A stretch of DNA of 64,000 nucleotides from assembly GCA_027310185.1 (NCBI GenBank), contig DAIDBH010000014.1:64001-128000 (forward strand). Reading direction: 5' to 3'. Origin of the DNA: Thermoplasmatales archaeon (lineage in GTDB: Archaea > Thermoplasmatota > Thermoplasmata > Thermoplasmatales > Thermoplasmataceae). The notes beneath the pieces are model-generated. The model made no database searches. It worked only from the letters and a program-made list of their open reading frames with translations, and was not told the origin of the DNA. Positions 60,824-64,000 of the stretch are shown piece after piece. The translations under genes were made by a program, and so were the position numbers. Numbering within the stretch: position 1 is the stretch's first letter; every line of letters starts with the position of its first letter.

Positions 60824-62317
60824 TCATAATTTTTTTATCTTTTCCTCTTTCCTGTATTCCTGGAAAAATCTTCCCAGCGGATATTTACCGTAATCAACGA
60901 ACTTAAATAATGACCTGAAGTCAGGCTCCTGTTCTACAAATGCATTTACCATTTTAATTGCAGTTTCCCTCAGATCTGGATGTGACTGCGGCGTGGACCT
61001 CAACTCACTGAAATACACTAATTCCCTGAGATTTGTATTGACAAGAATCTCATAATTTGTGCAGTATGGTAACACGTATTGTGCCAGTTTACCCCCGGCT
61101 TCTTCCCTTATTTTAATGTATAGCTTTTCAACCTCATCAATCAATGTCTTCATCCTCGACTCAAGGTCTGCATTATTGGAAATATATTCTGGGATGTAAT
61201 AACCATGCTCTGGCGAAAGGTCTTTTCTTAATATACTCATGAATCTATGTCTCTGGAACTCCCTGAAAGCTCCATAATTCATTATGATCCTGTAAGTCAT
61301 GTTGACAAATTCAAATGCTCTTGGTAATTTATCCCTCCTGCTCCCCCTTGAATCCACTATTAAACTAATCATTTCTTTTTTCTGCAGATCATTATAAGAG
61401 AGATTTGAAAAGCTCAGTGTGCTCCCAATACTCGCTGCCTGTTTTTTAGAATAATCTGTTAATATTACTTCCACTGATCTGTTATCTTTCCATTCTGAAC
61501 CGTGTAAATGATAAATGTTAGGTTTTTCAATCTCGATCTCCCGATTTTTGACGTAACGTGGGTCTCTGGCTGACTTTACAAGATTTTCAAACTCAGTGAA
61601 AAGTTCATTATAAATCAGATCTGAAATCTCTCTTGCCTCTGGAATTCCACTTTGATCCAGTTTCTGGATAAGATGAATGAATGCTCTGATGTTTCCAGAA
61701 ATACCCATATTTGTCAGAGTGCTGGAAGGAAGGATTGACCTTATATCATCAAGAGTCCTCGATTTGAGAGCAGTTTCATATGCCTTCGTGGCCGAATCTT
61801 CTCCACCTGTCTGGAAGTCGGAAAAAGGATAATTCTCCCTCAGCTTTTCTCTGATAGATGGAATTGCATATGAATAAAAATCGAACAGTTTTTCCATTAA
61901 GGAGTTGTACTCACCTTCAAATTTCACTGGAATACCGGTTTTATCAAAATCAAGAAACAGATATTTCCCATTTGTCTTTTTGTCGTAACTCACGTATCTT
62001 GAGGATTTTTCAAGATATGATAAACCGACCCTACTTTCTTCGATTAACTTTGTGACTATATTTGAAATCCCCTGTATACCGATCTGAATCGAAATAAGTT
62101 CAGCTACAGATTCATCCCCATACTCCAGGAATACCCTTTCATAAAATTTCTTTCCCCTGTCTGGATTCTCCTGGAATTCCTTTCTATAAAGTTCCCGGAT
62201 ATCAAGTGTTGCTGTCCTGCTGTACCTTGATAATAATGCACCCCTATCAATCTGGTTCTCCATTTTTAAAATAAAAACCCGTTTATCCTGATTTGAAAAA
62301 AAATTGTCAGAAGTCAT
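60824..62317 (-). CDS. thyX: Flavin-dependent thymidylate synthase, tandem two-domain form
   Basis: YGDESVAE and SYLEKSSRY in the N-half; FQRHRFMS, NLRE and ELRS in the C-half. Confidence 0.88.
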   Translation of the reverse strand: MTSDNFFSNQDKRVFILKMENQIDRGALLSRYSRTATLDIRELYRKEFQENPDRGKKFYERVFLEYGDESVAELISIQIGIQGISNIVTKLIEESRVGLSYLEKSSRYVSYDKKTNGKYLFLDFDKTGIPVKFEGEYNSLMEKLFDFYSYAIPSIREKLRENYPFSDFQTGGEDSATKAYETALKSRTLDDIRSILPSSTLTNMGISGNIRAFIHLIQKLDQSGIPEAREISDLIYNELFTEFENLVKSARDPRYVKNREIEIEKPNIYHLHGSEWKDNRSVEVILTDYSKKQAASIGSTLSFSNLSYNDLQKKEMISLIVDSRGSRRDKLPRAFEFVNMTYRIIMNYGAFREFQRHRFMSILRKDLSPEHGYYIPEYISNNADLESRMKTLIDEVEKLYIKIREEAGGKLAQYVLPYCTNYEILVNTNLRELVYFSELRSTPQSHPDLRETAIKMVNAFVEQEPDFRSLFKFVDYGKYPLGRFFQEYRKEEKIKKL

Positions 62318-62321
62318 ATTT

Positions 62322-62813
62322 CTATTCCTTCATGGGTACGAAATAGACGTCTGTTGGGCTGAAAGTAAGATTCCTCTTGAATTTTGCCTTTACTTTCATT
62401 CCTATTTTTAAGTCTTCCTGTGAAGCCCCTATTAACCTGGCCATGAAAAGAGAATCTACACCTTCAAACTCTACCATGATAAGGTTGAACGGAGTTTCTG
62501 GGAGGAATTTCTCACTGCCAAAGTAACAGGTTGTAAACGTGTGGATTCTTCCCTCAGTTGGCAATTCGTGCCACTCGGTCTCTGAACCACAGAACATGCA
62601 ATGTCCTCTGGGTGTTGCATACACATATCCACAACTCTTGCATTTGCTTCCCATAAGCTTCTTTTTTCCCAGTGCCCGGAAAAATTCAGAATCCTGTGCA
62701 TAACTGTGGATGTAATCTATTTCATAGTGAGATTTTACAATGAGCGGATCTGTATTGTACACTTCAGTACCATTCTGGGTTTCTGGCATTTTTGCATCAT
62801 AGTCTATGGTCAT
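62322..62813 (-). CDS. DUF35 Zn-ribbon/OB-fold acyl-CoA-binding protein
   Basis: CKSCG...PRGHCMFCGS plus OB fold; ATGA overlap with the thiolase stop. Confidence 0.92.
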   Translation of the reverse strand: MTIDYDAKMPETQNGTEVYNTDPLIVKSHYEIDYIHSYAQDSEFFRALGKKKLMGSKCKSCGYVYATPRGHCMFCGSETEWHELPTEGRIHTFTTCYFGSEKFLPETPFNLIMVEFEGVDSLFMARLIGASQEDLKIGMKVKAKFKRNLTFSPTDVYFVPMKE

Positions 62814-64000
62814 TTTACCGCCTCCATAATTGAAACAGTAACATAAGTACCTGTTCCAGCATGACTGTGGATGAGTCCTCTCTTTGCATTCTTTACCTGA
62901 AGCGCATCATCCTTGAAATGCTTCTTAATGGAATGCTGAAGCTGCCAGAACATAAAAACGGATTGCATTATTCCTGTTGCACCTACTGGATGACCTGAAG
63001 CAAGCAGGCCTCCTGATGGATTTACAGCTACTTTTCCATTCAGGTCAGCCTTTCCTTCTTCCACGAAGTGCCCTCCTTCACCGTATTTGCAGAGACCAAG
63101 ATCCTCATATGTCTGTATTTCAGATGATGTGTATGCATCATGGAGTTCCACGGCATCAATTTCTTCAAGTGGATCAGTAATTCCGGCATTTTTGTATGCT
63201 TCCATTGCTGCTGTCCTGCCTGCTCGGAATGAATGAACACCCGGATACTTCAGATTTCTGTAATCTGATTCTTTCTCGTTTGGAAGAAGTGGCACCTTCA
63301 ACATTGGCCTGTCAGATAAACGCATTGTATCTGTCCCTGTTCCTATACCTGAAATTTTCACCGGGTGATCACACATTTCGAATGCTTTTTCCTCTGATGC
63401 AAGTATTGCAACAGCTGCTCCATCTGACATTGTACATACGTCAAGTCTTGTCAACGGATATGATACCATCTGAGAACTTCTCACATCTTGGACTGTGATC
63501 TTCATTGGACTCTGGGAATAGGGGTTATGCATTGCGTTTCCGTGATTCTTTACAGAGACCTTTGCAAGCTGTTCAACCGTTGTTCCGAATTCGTGCATAT
63601 GTCTTACGGCCATCATGGCATAATAACCTGTGTAGAAACCACCAACAGGATAGTCGAAGTTTGTATCGCTTGCCAGTGCTATGAATTCATTTCCCTTCCA
63701 GGTGTTTACGTGAGACATTGTCTCAAAACCATAAACAGCACATACATCCATTCTTCCTGAAGCCACTTCCTCAACACCTGTTTGAAAAGCCAGTCCACCT
63801 GTTGCACCTCCACCTTCAACCCTCTTGCTTGGCTTGGGCGTAAGTGCCAGATAATCCTGCGCCATTATTCCTGACATTAATTGTCTCTGAAAATGATCAG
63901 AGAAATATGATGCTACAGAGCCGTCAATATCTTTCACGCTGATTCCAATGTCATTCAGGGCATAATCAAAGGCCTTTTTAGTTCTCAGCCTGAAATCCAT
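62810..64000 (-). CDS. Thiolase-superfamily (SCP2-type) protein, N-terminus probably beyond the window
   Basis: MSDGAA, ELHDAY, NPSGGLLASGHPVGATG; open to the window edge. Confidence 0.9.
   Translation of the reverse strand: MDFRLRTKKAFDYALNDIGISVKDIDGSVASYFSDHFQRQLMSGIMAQDYLALTPKPSKRVEGGGATGGLAFQTGVEEVASGRMDVCAVYGFETMSHVNTWKGNEFIALASDTNFDYPVGGFYTGYYAMMAVRHMHEFGTTVEQLAKVSVKNHGNAMHNPYSQSPMKITVQDVRSSQMVSYPLTRLDVCTMSDGAAVAILASEEKAFEMCDHPVKISGIGTGTDTMRLSDRPMLKVPLLPNEKESDYRNLKYPGVHSFRAGRTAAMEAYKNAGITDPLEEIDAVELHDAYTSSEIQTYEDLGLCKYGEGGHFVEEGKADLNGKVAVNPSGGLLASGHPVGATGIMQSVFMFWQLQHSIKKHFKDDALQVKNAKRGLIHSHAGTGTYVTVSIMEAVK

Noticed and set aside
1-64000. CRISPR arrays, transposases, prophage, rRNA or defence islands
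   Set aside because: No regularly spaced repeats, terminal inverted repeats, transposase/integrase/cas motifs or long GC-rich structural RNA were seen. The only HK97-like gene is the encapsulin fusion, with no portal or terminase.

Overview
A gene-dense, AT-rich piece of core chromosome from an archaeon. Gene content points to a Thermoplasmatales acidophile (inference): rpl7ae/rps28e/rpl24e, aIF5B, thermosome, Csl4, Lsm, AglB, tetraether synthase Tes, Thermoplasma-type glyceraldehyde dehydrogenase and tandem ThyX. It holds about 55 CDS and one tRNA-Arg(UCG). I found no CRISPR array, IS element, integrase or prophage. Most genes are housekeeping, so I cannot claim a clearly new system. Best candidates for uncharacterised biology: (1) a 1213-aa TPR protein coupled to an M50/site-2 protease homologue lacking all catalytic motifs; (2) a B-type-like heme-copper oxidase operon with its own atypical cupredoxin and a second dead (CPBP-like) intramembrane protease; (3) a ferritin-like/encapsulin fusion with a divergent shell; (4) a 2095-aa AglB with a large beta-sandwich extension, a coupled partner, and Arg in place of a metal-binding Asp; (5) a tandem RHH regulator divergent from tes across a palindrome-rich spacer; (6) csl4-microprotein-lsm and basic protein-METTL5 RNA-metabolism modules; (7) a Cys-less thiolase with a DUF35 partner. 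All family calls come from motif recognition by eye; no searches were run.
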